64,000 nucleotides of DNA from an uncultured Acidobacteriota bacterium (lineage in GTDB: Bacteria > Acidobacteriota > Vicinamibacteria > Vicinamibacterales > UBA2999). Shown here piece after piece: positions 56,914 to 64,000 of the stretch (the first letter of the stretch is position 1; each line of letters begins with the position of its first letter). A model generated the notes under the pieces. The model had not been told where the DNA came from. It ran no database searches and saw nothing but the letters and a program-made list of their open reading frames with translations. The DNA is taken from contig CAWFEX010000004.1 in assembly GCA_963814955.1 (NCBI GenBank), forward strand, positions 201,486 through 265,485. Direction: 5' to 3'. The translations under genes and the position numbers were made by a program.

Positions 56914-57363
56914 ATGATTCGACCGTTGCTCGTTGGGCTTGGCACGACGTTCAAGCACATGTTCAAAAAGAAGGTTGCGGTGAACTATCCGGAAGAGAAG
57001 ATTCCGGTGTTCCCGAAATACCGAGGCAAGCAGGTGCTGATGCGTGACGAGAACGGACTGGAAAAGTGTGTCGCATGCGGACTGTGTGCGGTGGCGTGTC
57101 CCGCCGACGCCATTTATCTCGAGGCAGCGGAGAATGACGGGACCGTGATGGCCGGCCCGCGATACGCGAGCGTGTACCAAATCCATAAGACACGGTGCAT
57201 TTTCTGCGGATACTGCGAGGAAGCGTGTCCCGTGTCGGCGATATTCATGGGCAAGGACTACGAGCTCGCGGTTTACAGCAAGGACGACTTTATCTGGGAC
57301 AAGCAGGATCTGCTCGTGCCAATTCCGGTCAATGCAGAGACGCCCGCGGCGGCGTCATCGTAG
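56914..57363 (+). CDS. NuoI-like 2x[4Fe-4S] ferredoxin subunit, not in a nuo operon
   Basis: CVACGLCAVACPADAIYLEA and CIFCGYCEEACPVSAIFMG sit in NuoI-like spacing, with an N-terminal FKHMFKKKVAVNYPEEK. Confidence 0.7.
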   Translation: MIRPLLVGLGTTFKHMFKKKVAVNYPEEKIPVFPKYRGKQVLMRDENGLEKCVACGLCAVACPADAIYLEAAENDGTVMAGPRYASVYQIHKTRCIFCGYCEEACPVSAIFMGKDYELAVYSKDDFIWDKQDLLVPIPVNAETPAAASS

Positions 57364-57375
57364 GGCTCGTGTAGA

Positions 57376-57395
57376 GCGCAGGCTTGAGCCTGCGC
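57376..57395. repeat. REP-like hairpin GCGCAGGC-TTGA-GCCTGCGC
   Basis: 8-bp GC stem with a tetraloop, 13 nt after the stop of the NuoI-like gene. It has the same architecture as the other hairpins. Confidence 0.6.
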
Positions 57396-57435
57396 GTCAC
57401 TGCCGGCCGAAGACGCGGCGCCCCACGCCCGAGAC

Positions 57436-58116
57436 ATGCTGATCGGCGCGATCGCCGACATCCACGGCAACTTCGAAGCCATGCGCCAGGCCATGTTGAG
57501 GCACGCGGACGTGCCATTGTGGATATGTGTTGGCGACGTTGCCAGCAGCACGGGCGCCTACCCGGAGCCACCAGCGCCTCTGTACTGGATCAAGGGCAAC
57601 AATGAGCGGTTCGACCGAATCGCCGATTGGGAGGTGGGACGCGACGTTCTCCCCAACCTGCACTACATCAAGAACGGGACCTCGATGCGTGTAGGTCCTC
57701 TCATCGTTACCGGCGTTGGCGGTACTTATGCGCCGAAGTGGTACGACACGCCAGCGGCACTGTTGCCGCACACGCCGAAGGATGACAAACGACGCCACTT
57801 TGTGCGCGAGGAGATAGAGGCGTGCAAGCGATTGCGAGACGTGGACATTCTCATGACGCACGAAGCGCCGCGGCCGTTCATCGTCAGCGATGAAGAGCGC
57901 CCGAGTGCGGGGAAGCGTTGGGATGCCGGCAAGGCGGCGATCAATGATCTCATGGCCTCCGTGAAGCCGCGTTTGCATTTGTGCGGCCACCACCACCGGT
58001 TCGCGGAATCCGATCGCGAGGGAGTACGATCTGTCTGCATCGATCGAATCAACAGGTCTTACCTCCTGATCGACGCTTCAACCCTCGAATATCGGAAGAT
58101 CGATCAGGTGAGATAA
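57436..58116 (+). CDS. metallophosphoesterase-family protein
   Basis: IADIHGN, VGDV, KGNNE, ILMTHEAP and LCGHHH match the calcineurin-like phosphoesterase motif series. Confidence 0.75.
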   Translation: MLIGAIADIHGNFEAMRQAMLRHADVPLWICVGDVASSTGAYPEPPAPLYWIKGNNERFDRIADWEVGRDVLPNLHYIKNGTSMRVGPLIVTGVGGTYAPKWYDTPAALLPHTPKDDKRRHFVREEIEACKRLRDVDILMTHEAPRPFIVSDEERPSAGKRWDAGKAAINDLMASVKPRLHLCGHHHRFAESDREGVRSVCIDRINRSYLLIDASTLEYRKIDQVR

Positions 58117-58138
58117 TGGAACACGCCGAACCACGCAG

Positions 58139-60001
58139 ATGAAGCCCTTTCTCGAAGCGGTTGACGAACGTGTGCTCGTCTGCGACGGCGCGATGGGGAC
58201 GATGCTGTACGCGAAGGGCGTCTTTATCAACCGCTGCTTCGACGCGCTGAATCTCACGGAGCCGACCCGCGTCTCTGAAGTACATCACGAGTACGTTCGG
58301 GCCGGGGCGAATGTCGTCGAAACCAACACGTTCGGCGCCAACCGTATAAAGCTGCGCGGATTCGGTTTGGCCGACCGTCTGCGGGACATCAACGTCGAGG
58401 GTGCGCGTCTTGCGCGGCAGGTTGCCAACGGCAAGGCATACGTCGCGGGCGCGATCGGGCCGCTTGGAATCCGTATCGAGCCGTGGGGCAGGACCGGGAA
58501 GGACGAAGCAGAGGCGTTCTTTCGCGAACAGGCCGAAGCGCTCGTCGCCGGCGGCGTGAATCTGTTCATCCTCGAAACGTTCCGCGACCTCAGCGAGATA
58601 TGCGCCGCTATTGCGGCCATCCGCAGCATCTGCGACCTGCCGGTGGTCGCGCAGATGACGATCGAGGAAGACGGAAACACCCTCGATGGCGCCCCCCCAG
58701 AGAAATTCGCGCCGGCGCTCGATTCCTTCGCCGACGTGGTCGGCGTCAACTGCAGCATCGGCCCGGCACCCATGCTCGAAACCATCGAGCGGATGGCTGC
58801 GGTGACACGAGCGCGGCTGTCTGCACAGCCGAATGCCGGCCGTCCCAGGGACGTGGAAGGTCGAAACCTTTATCTGTCTTCCCCGGAGTACGTCGCGTCT
58901 TATGCACGGCGGTTCATCAACCAGGGTGTAAGGCTCGTCGGAGGGTGCTGCGGTACGACGCCAGAGCACATCCGGCAGATCGCGATTGCCGTCAAGAGAT
59001 CCGCACCCGACGTTGCGCGTACGGCGAATCGTGGGACCACGGCGGCCGAACCTTATCGTGCGCAGGTGGCTGTCGCCGACCAGGGTGTGCCCGTTGTGCC
59101 CAAGGCCGAGCGGTCCCTTCTTGGGCGTGCGCTGTCTCAGGGACGATTCGTCACCGTCGTACAGCTCACGCCGCCGAAAGGTTTCCTCGGCGACGCAATG
59201 ATCGATTCCGCGCGCGCATTGAAAGCGCACGGTGTAGACGTGGTTCAGATTCCGGACGGCCAGCGCGGCGCGCGTATGAGCGCGTTGTCGCTCGCCGTGT
59301 TGATACAGCAGAAAGCGTGCGTTGAGACCCTTTTGCAGGACTCCTGCCGGGATCGAAACCTGCTTGGCATGCAATCGGATCTCCTCGGCGCGCACGCGAT
59401 GGGTGTACGCAACCTCATGATCGTCACGGGTGATGCCCGGACGGTCGGCGACTATCCCGACGCGACCGCGGTGTTCGACGTCGACTCGATTGGGCTCACC
59501 AACGTCGTGTCACGGCTGAACCACGGCCTCGACATCGGCGGTCAGGCGATTGGGAGTCCGACAGCCTTTCACGTGGGCGTGCAGGTCAATCCCGGAGCGG
59601 AAGACCTGGACAGCGAAGTTCGACGGTTCGCGTACAAGGTGGAGGCGGGCGCGGAGTTCGCGGTCACCAAACCGGTGTTCGACGTGGCCACCTTCGAACG
59701 ATTCTATCGGCGCGTCGAGTCCGCGAAGCTGCCGATTATCCTCGGCTTGTGGCCCTTCGAAAGCGTGCTGAACGCGGAATTCATGGCCAACGAGGTACCG
59801 GGCGTTCGCGTCCCTGATGTGGTTCTCGATCGCATGCGCCGCGTTTCATCGCCCGAAGCCGCAGCGGCGGAAGGGGTGGCAATTGCGCGCGAAGTCGGTT
59901 GCGCGCTGAAGGGCATCGTGCAGGGCACTCACGTCGCGGCCCCGTCGGGACGCGTCGAGGCGGCGCTCGAAGTGCTGGCCGCCGTCCAGCCAGCTGTCTG
60001 A
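58139..60001 (+). CDS. bifunctional homocysteine S-methyltransferase / 5,10-methylenetetrahydrofolate reductase
   Basis: The N-terminal Hcy-binding domain is LVCDGAMGTMLY...ETNTFGAN...GGCCGTTPEHI. The C-terminal MTHFR-like domain is ELTPPKG-type LTPPKGF...VVQIPDG...TKPVFD. Confidence 0.85.
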   Translation: MKPFLEAVDERVLVCDGAMGTMLYAKGVFINRCFDALNLTEPTRVSEVHHEYVRAGANVVETNTFGANRIKLRGFGLADRLRDINVEGARLARQVANGKAYVAGAIGPLGIRIEPWGRTGKDEAEAFFREQAEALVAGGVNLFILETFRDLSEICAAIAAIRSICDLPVVAQMTIEEDGNTLDGAPPEKFAPALDSFADVVGVNCSIGPAPMLETIERMAAVTRARLSAQPNAGRPRDVEGRNLYLSSPEYVASYARRFINQGVRLVGGCCGTTPEHIRQIAIAVKRSAPDVARTANRGTTAAEPYRAQVAVADQGVPVVPKAERSLLGRALSQGRFVTVVQLTPPKGFLGDAMIDSARALKAHGVDVVQIPDGQRGARMSALSLAVLIQQKACVETLLQDSCRDRNLLGMQSDLLGAHAMGVRNLMIVTGDARTVGDYPDATAVFDVDSIGLTNVVSRLNHGLDIGGQAIGSPTAFHVGVQVNPGAEDLDSEVRRFAYKVEAGAEFAVTKPVFDVATFERFYRRVESAKLPIILGLWPFESVLNAEFMANEVPGVRVPDVVLDRMRRVSSPEAAAAEGVAIAREVGCALKGIVQGTHVAAPSGRVEAALEVLAAVQPAV

Positions 60002-60120
60002 TTTTCGGAACCAGTTGCAATTCAAATTGTTGTATAGTGCCGGAACGGTTCGATTGACGGCCTTGGTCTGGTAGACCGAAATTCCCGCTTTCCCAACAGG
60101 TTACGGCTGGAGACTAGCGA

Positions 60121-60807
60121 ATGCCGCTGTTCGAGCGTGAAGACGATGAGTTCCGTTCAGACGTCGGCAGTCAGGCGCTTTCAGTCATAGCCATCGAGAA
60201 CGATTTTGTCGAAGGTGTCTACGACAAGCTGGCGTCCGTCTACGACCTGATCTTCGGCCCGATCCTGCATCCCGGCCGGCTGGTGGCGCTCGAGCGCATC
60301 GGTATTACGCCCGGCGATCGCGTGCTCGAAGTGGGAGTAGGGACCGGCATCAATGCGTCGCTCTATCCGCTCTACTGCCGCGTCACCGGGATCGACTTTT
60401 CGGCGTCCATGCTCGAGAAAGCGCGGAGCCGCATGCGGCGTAAAGGCCTCTCGCACGTTCGCCTCATGCAGATGGACGCGGCCGCGTTGAAGTTTGCCGA
60501 CGACTCATTCGACATCGTCTATGCACCGTATCTCATCAACTGCGTTCCCGATCCGGTGAAAGTCGTGCGCGAAATGCGACGGGTGTGCAAGCCAGGCGGG
60601 AAGATGGTCATCCTCAACCATTTCCGCAGCGTCAACCCGGTTCTCTCGCGACTCGACCGCGCGCTGTCCCCGCTTACGGTCCACATTGGTTTCAAGTCCG
60701 ACCTCGATCTGCCAGGCTTCCTCGCTCAATCTGAACTGCGACCGGTTTCGATCGAAAAGGTAAGCATCCCGCCCCTTTGGTCGCTCGTGATGTGTAACAA
60801 GGACTAG
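60121..60807 (+). CDS. class I SAM-dependent methyltransferase (PmtA-like), paralog 1
   Basis: VYDKLASVYDLIFGPILHPGR...GDRVLEVGVGTGINASLYP...VTGIDFSASMLEKAR. The C-terminal SPLTVHIGFKSDLDL...PPLWSLVMC is shared with paralog 2. Confidence 0.75.
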   Translation: MPLFEREDDEFRSDVGSQALSVIAIENDFVEGVYDKLASVYDLIFGPILHPGRLVALERIGITPGDRVLEVGVGTGINASLYPLYCRVTGIDFSASMLEKARSRMRRKGLSHVRLMQMDAAALKFADDSFDIVYAPYLINCVPDPVKVVREMRRVCKPGGKMVILNHFRSVNPVLSRLDRALSPLTVHIGFKSDLDLPGFLAQSELRPVSIEKVSIPPLWSLVMCNKD

Positions 60808-60829
60808 ATCGTCCGCTCTCGAACGTCGT

Positions 60830-60847
60830 GTCCGGCTTTAGCCGGAC
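60830..60847. repeat. REP-like hairpin GTCCGGC-TTTA-GCCGGAC
   Basis: Same stem as the hairpins at 8380 and 33481, preceded by the similar flank ACGTCGT. It lies 23 nt after the stop of methyltransferase paralog 1. Confidence 0.75.
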
Positions 60848-60889
60848 CAGAGCACCGTTTTCGGCACAAACGTTGCGCCGCCGACACAC

Positions 60890-61580
60890 ATGGAGTCGTC
60901 GCGTCAGCAGAGCCATTTCGCCTCTGATCCATTCGTCCCGGATCTCCGGACGACCGCGTCTGGCAACGGTTTCATCGACAGTGTTTATGTCAGGCTCTCT
61001 CCCGTTTACGACCTGGTCTTCGGGGCGCCGCTCCAGCCGGGACGGATAGCGGCGATACGGCGCATGGGGATTCGACCTGGCGATCGCGTTCTGGAAATCG
61101 GCGCGGGAACCGGCATCAATGCGCCCTTGTATCCGCGTGATTGCCGCGTGACCGCGATTGATCTCTCGACGGCGATGCTCGATCGGGCACGAGCACGCAT
61201 TGCGCGCGCGGGGCTGACGCACGTGGAATTGCTCGAGCAGGACGCGGCGAGGTTGCCATTCCCGACCGATTCCTTCGACAGCGTGTGCGCCCCTTACGTC
61301 ATCAGCGTCGTTGCCGATCCTGTCCGGGTGGCGCGCGAGATGCGTCGGGTGTGCCGCCCGGGCGGGCGCATCGTGATCCTCAACCACTTCCGCAGTACGC
61401 AGTCGGCTGTCGTCGTGGCTTGAGCGGGTGCTCTCACCGCTGACCGTTCATGTCGGGTTCAGATTGGATCTCGTTCTCAGAGAATTTCTCGACCAGGCGC
61501 ATCTGTCACCGATTTCGATCGAAAAGGTGAATTTCCCCCCGATGTGGACCCTGGTAACCTGCGTCAAGGGCCAGGCCTGA
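60890..61580 (+). CDS. class I SAM-dependent methyltransferase, paralog 2; frame broken at about 61401
   Basis: ORF 60890..61423 parallels paralog 1 up to ILNHFRST. The expected continuation SRLSSWLERVLSPLTVHVGFRLDLVL...PPMWTLVTCVKGQA* is in the next frame and ends at 61580. Removing one base restores equal spacing to paralog 1. Confidence 0.75.
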
Positions 61581-61585
61581 AACCT

Positions 61586-62755
61586 CTATCCCTTCGTCCG
61601 GGGCCTTCCTCGCGGCTTGCGTGGTGGCTTGTCGAGCGCTGCGAGCAGTATGTCCGCGGCGACCTCGGCGCCGTTGGTTTCGGCTTTCTTCTTCGGCTTG
61701 GGCTGCGCGAGGAGCTTGTCCAGGTGTGAATCCCACTTGCCCGTGAAGAGGTCCTCCTGGCTGATGAACGCCGACCGCACGTACTTCGGCATTTCCTCGA
61801 CGAGCACTTCGTACTCCGGAAAGTGGCCGCGCGACGTGTACAGCACGGCGGTATCGTTGGCGATCGACTCGGAAATGATCCCGTAGCCAGCCTTGGTCAC
61901 AACCACGGACGCCGCACCCACCAGGTCCTCGTATCGAATGCCTGCGTCGTACAGTGCCTCTTCATTCACGGAGATCAGCGAGCCGCGTCGCTCCGAGAGG
62001 GGCGTCTCTTTCTTCCCGCGGCCGACTGGCTGGCTCTCCACGACAATGGCGACGTACTTCTTCAGTTTCACGAGGGCGTCGGTATCGAGTCCCGGCACAC
62101 CGTAGGTGCCGAACGACGTCAGCACGAGCGGTTTGTCGCTGGGCAGCTTGAGCAGTTTGACGACTTCCTCGCGTGTCTTTGTGGCGTGTCGCGCGATGAA
62201 GGGGATGTCCCTGACGTTTGAGAAGCTGTCGAATCCGGCGGACATGGGCAGCCGCAGCGCCATCGATGCCTTCGCGTATGCCCCACGAATCGTCGGGAGC
62301 AGTGACGGCGCGAGCCGGACGCGCGGATAGTCGGCGTAGATCCAGTCCCACGTGAAGTTGCCGAGCGCAATCGAAGAGATGCCCGCCGCAGCGCCCACCG
62401 CAAACGCAAGCGGCGGAATGTCGCCGACGATCAGTCCTGCGCCGAGCTCCCGGAGCACTCGGGTTTCGCTGGCCGCGCGTGTGACAAGGTCGCTGTGAAA
62501 AGCCGAGGCGCGCCGGATGCTGTCGGCTTCATCCAGCGTCAACGCGTCAATCTGGACGACGCCGGTGTCGCACTCGAGAGTGCCGAAGGCCACCTTGCCT
62601 TTGACGGTCAGATCGAAGAGCCACCGCGGTGCCGACGTGCGTACGCCGACGCGCGTTTCCGGGCGCTTGGCGAGCACGGCATTGATGACCTCGATGGTGC
62701 GTGAGGCGTGGCCAAATCCATGGCCAGTTACGTAGAAAACGATCGCGGCTGCCAC
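61586..62755 (-). CDS. GT-B-fold glycosyltransferase-like protein with Lys/Arg-rich tail
   Basis: The N-terminal FYVTGHGFGHASRTIEV motif occurs in MurG/UDP-glycosyltransferase-like proteins, and I also recall it in the N-terminal domain of plant arabinose kinase. The C-terminal tail is PKPKKKAE...PPRKPRGRPRTKG. Confidence 0.5.
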   Translation of the reverse strand: MAAAIVFYVTGHGFGHASRTIEVINAVLAKRPETRVGVRTSAPRWLFDLTVKGKVAFGTLECDTGVVQIDALTLDEADSIRRASAFHSDLVTRAASETRVLRELGAGLIVGDIPPLAFAVGAAAGISSIALGNFTWDWIYADYPRVRLAPSLLPTIRGAYAKASMALRLPMSAGFDSFSNVRDIPFIARHATKTREEVVKLLKLPSDKPLVLTSFGTYGVPGLDTDALVKLKKYVAIVVESQPVGRGKKETPLSERRGSLISVNEEALYDAGIRYEDLVGAASVVVTKAGYGIISESIANDTAVLYTSRGHFPEYEVLVEEMPKYVRSAFISQEDLFTGKWDSHLDKLLAQPKPKKKAETNGAEVAADILLAALDKPPRKPRGRPRTKG

Positions 62756-64000
62756 TAACGGTCCGACTCGGCGTGACTACTTACCGTTTGCGCGTCCGAA
62801 GTTTGTACCATCGCACCATCCGGAATGGCCACCTTGATTACCTGTTCGAGTGTCTCTACCGGGACGAACGTCATCTCGCGGCGGATTTCCTCAGGGAGCT
62901 CCTCGAGGTCCGGTTCGTTCAACGCCGGCAGAATCACCGTCTTGATACCAACACGGCGCGCTGCGAGCGACTTTTCGCGAATACCGCCTATCGGCAACAC
63001 CAGCCCGCTCAGCGTGATCTCGCCTGTCATTGCCACGTCCTGCCTGACCGGACGATTCAACGCCGCCGACAGGATCGCAGTCGCTATCGTCACGCCAGCC
63101 GACGGGCCATCCTTCGGGATAGCCCCGGCCGGCACGTGGACGTGCAGGTCGTGCTTGGCAAGGAATTCCGGCGAGATTCCCAGCTCTTCGGCCCGCGCGC
63201 GCAGGTGGCTCACCGCCGCGCGGGCTGATTCCTGCATCACATTGCCGAGCTGGCCCGTGAGAATAATGTTCTGGTTTCCGCCTGGAAGCAAGGTCGCTTC
63301 GATGAAAAGCACGTCGCCACCTGTTTCTGTCCAGGCAAGGCCCGTCGCAACGCCGGGACGGGACGTGCGGAAGGCCATCTCCTTCCTGAACCGGGCCGGA
63401 CCGAGGTAATCATCGACGTCCCGGGCATCGATGACGGTTCCAGCGGCGGCTCCGTCCTCGGAAGACCGGGCAACCAGCCGCGCGGCAACCTTGCGGCTGA
63501 TAGTGCCCAACTGGCGCTCCAGATTCCGAACCCCGGCTTCCCGCGTGTGTTCGGCGATGATGACACTCAGCGCCGCGTCAGTGATTTGGAGAGCGTCGTC
63601 CGGGAGCCCGTGCTCGTCCATCTGGCGCGGAAGCAAGTACTTGCGCGCGATATGAACCTTCTCCTCTTCGGTGTAGCCGGAGAGCGGAATGATTTCCATG
63701 CGGTCGAGGAGCGCTGGATGGATTGTCCCCAACTGATTCGACGTCGCAATGAACAATACCCGTGAAAGATCGAGCGGCACCTCCAGGTAGTGGTCGCGAA
63801 ACGTGTGGTTCTGCGCGGGATCGAGCACCTCGAGGAGCGCCGCGGCAGGATCGCCCTGATAGCCGACCGAAACCTTGTCGATTTCATCCAGCATGAAGAC
63901 CGGGTTCATCGAGCCCGCCTGCTTGAGCGCCTGGACGATGCGGCCCGGAATCGCGCCGATGTAAGTTCGCCGGTGCCCGCGAATCTCCGCCTCGTCTCGG
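62755..64000 (-). CDS. lon: ATP-dependent Lon protease (C-terminal about 415 aa; gene continues beyond the window)
   Basis: RRTYIGAIPGRIVQALKQAGSMNPVFMLDEIDK..., LDRMEIIPLSGYTEEEK, and the proteolytic domain PKDGPSAGVTIATAILSA (catalytic Ser) ...GGIREK. The frame is open to base 64000. Confidence 0.92.
   Translation of the reverse strand, partial: RDEAEIRGHRRTYIGAIPGRIVQALKQAGSMNPVFMLDEIDKVSVGYQGDPAAALLEVLDPAQNHTFRDHYLEVPLDLSRVLFIATSNQLGTIHPALLDRMEIIPLSGYTEEEKVHIARKYLLPRQMDEHGLPDDALQITDAALSVIIAEHTREAGVRNLERQLGTISRKVAARLVARSSEDGAAAGTVIDARDVDDYLGPARFRKEMAFRTSRPGVATGLAWTETGGDVLFIEATLLPGGNQNIILTGQLGNVMQESARAAVSHLRARAEELGISPEFLAKHDLHVHVPAGAIPKDGPSAGVTIATAILSAALNRPVRQDVAMTGEITLSGLVLPIGGIREKSLAARRVGIKTVILPALNEPDLEELPEEIRREMTFVPVETLEQVIKVAIPDGAMVQTSDAQTVSSHAESDR

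Noticed and set aside
58049-59395. 448-aa minus-strand ORF antisense to the Hcy-methyltransferase/MTHFR gene. Similar long antisense ORFs are 37375..38613, 56056..57186, 1888..3072, 10426..11256, 6323..6970 and 23486..24253.
   Set aside because: Their translations are Arg/Pro/Gly-rich with no recognisable motifs. Each fully overlaps a strongly supported gene on the other strand. Long spurious antisense ORFs are expected in high-GC DNA.

Overview
High-GC bacterial chromosomal segment. The gene content points to a soil diderm, probably Acidobacteriota-like: an OmpA-family protein, TamA/TamB, an acidobacterial-type VWFA protein, a PQQ dehydrogenase and a TonB-dependent receptor. This taxon call is inference. 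No search tools were run, so all product calls rest on motifs I recognise in the supplied translations.

Most of the window is housekeeping:
- Envelope and lipid: OmpA-family, tamA/tamB, lepB, plsC, a PAP2 phosphatase and glycosyltransferases.
- Redox and cofactors: a molybdopterin oxidoreductase, NDH-2, ispG, moaC, rex and a lone NuoI-like ferredoxin.
- Polyamine synthesis: aguA-aguB.
- Amino-acid and sulfur metabolism: hom-thrB-thrC, followed by cysG and a siroheme sulfite reductase, and a fused Hcy-methyltransferase/MTHFR.
- Transport: nhaA, OPT, CDF, DMT and the TonB receptor.
- Regulation and proteolysis: carD, lytS/lytT and lon (cut by the window end).

Four things stand out:
1. An intact tRNA-Leu(CAA) lies at 24421-24509 (minus strand). 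Its 3' 59 nt are repeated exactly at 20301-20359. The two copies bracket a 4.1-kb islet with a decayed tyrosine-integrase remnant and an orphan PaaK/F390-synthetase-like adenylating enzyme.
2. On the other side of the tRNA, about 24.5-28.7 kb, is an AT-richer tract of low coding density. It holds small orphan genes and a degenerate HNH-nuclease cassette.
3. A three-gene minus-strand operon encodes a secreted protein ending in LPATAS plus a hydrophobic helix and a basic tail, then a VWFA protein, then a sortase. This looks like a candidate diderm sortase system.
4. At least 11 single-nucleotide frame breaks interrupt otherwise conserved genes, including ispG and lepB. Several sit in short homopolymers. 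This fits assembly indel errors better than real gene decay.

A family of REP-like GC hairpins sits just 3' of several genes. No CRISPR array, rRNA or intact transposase was seen.
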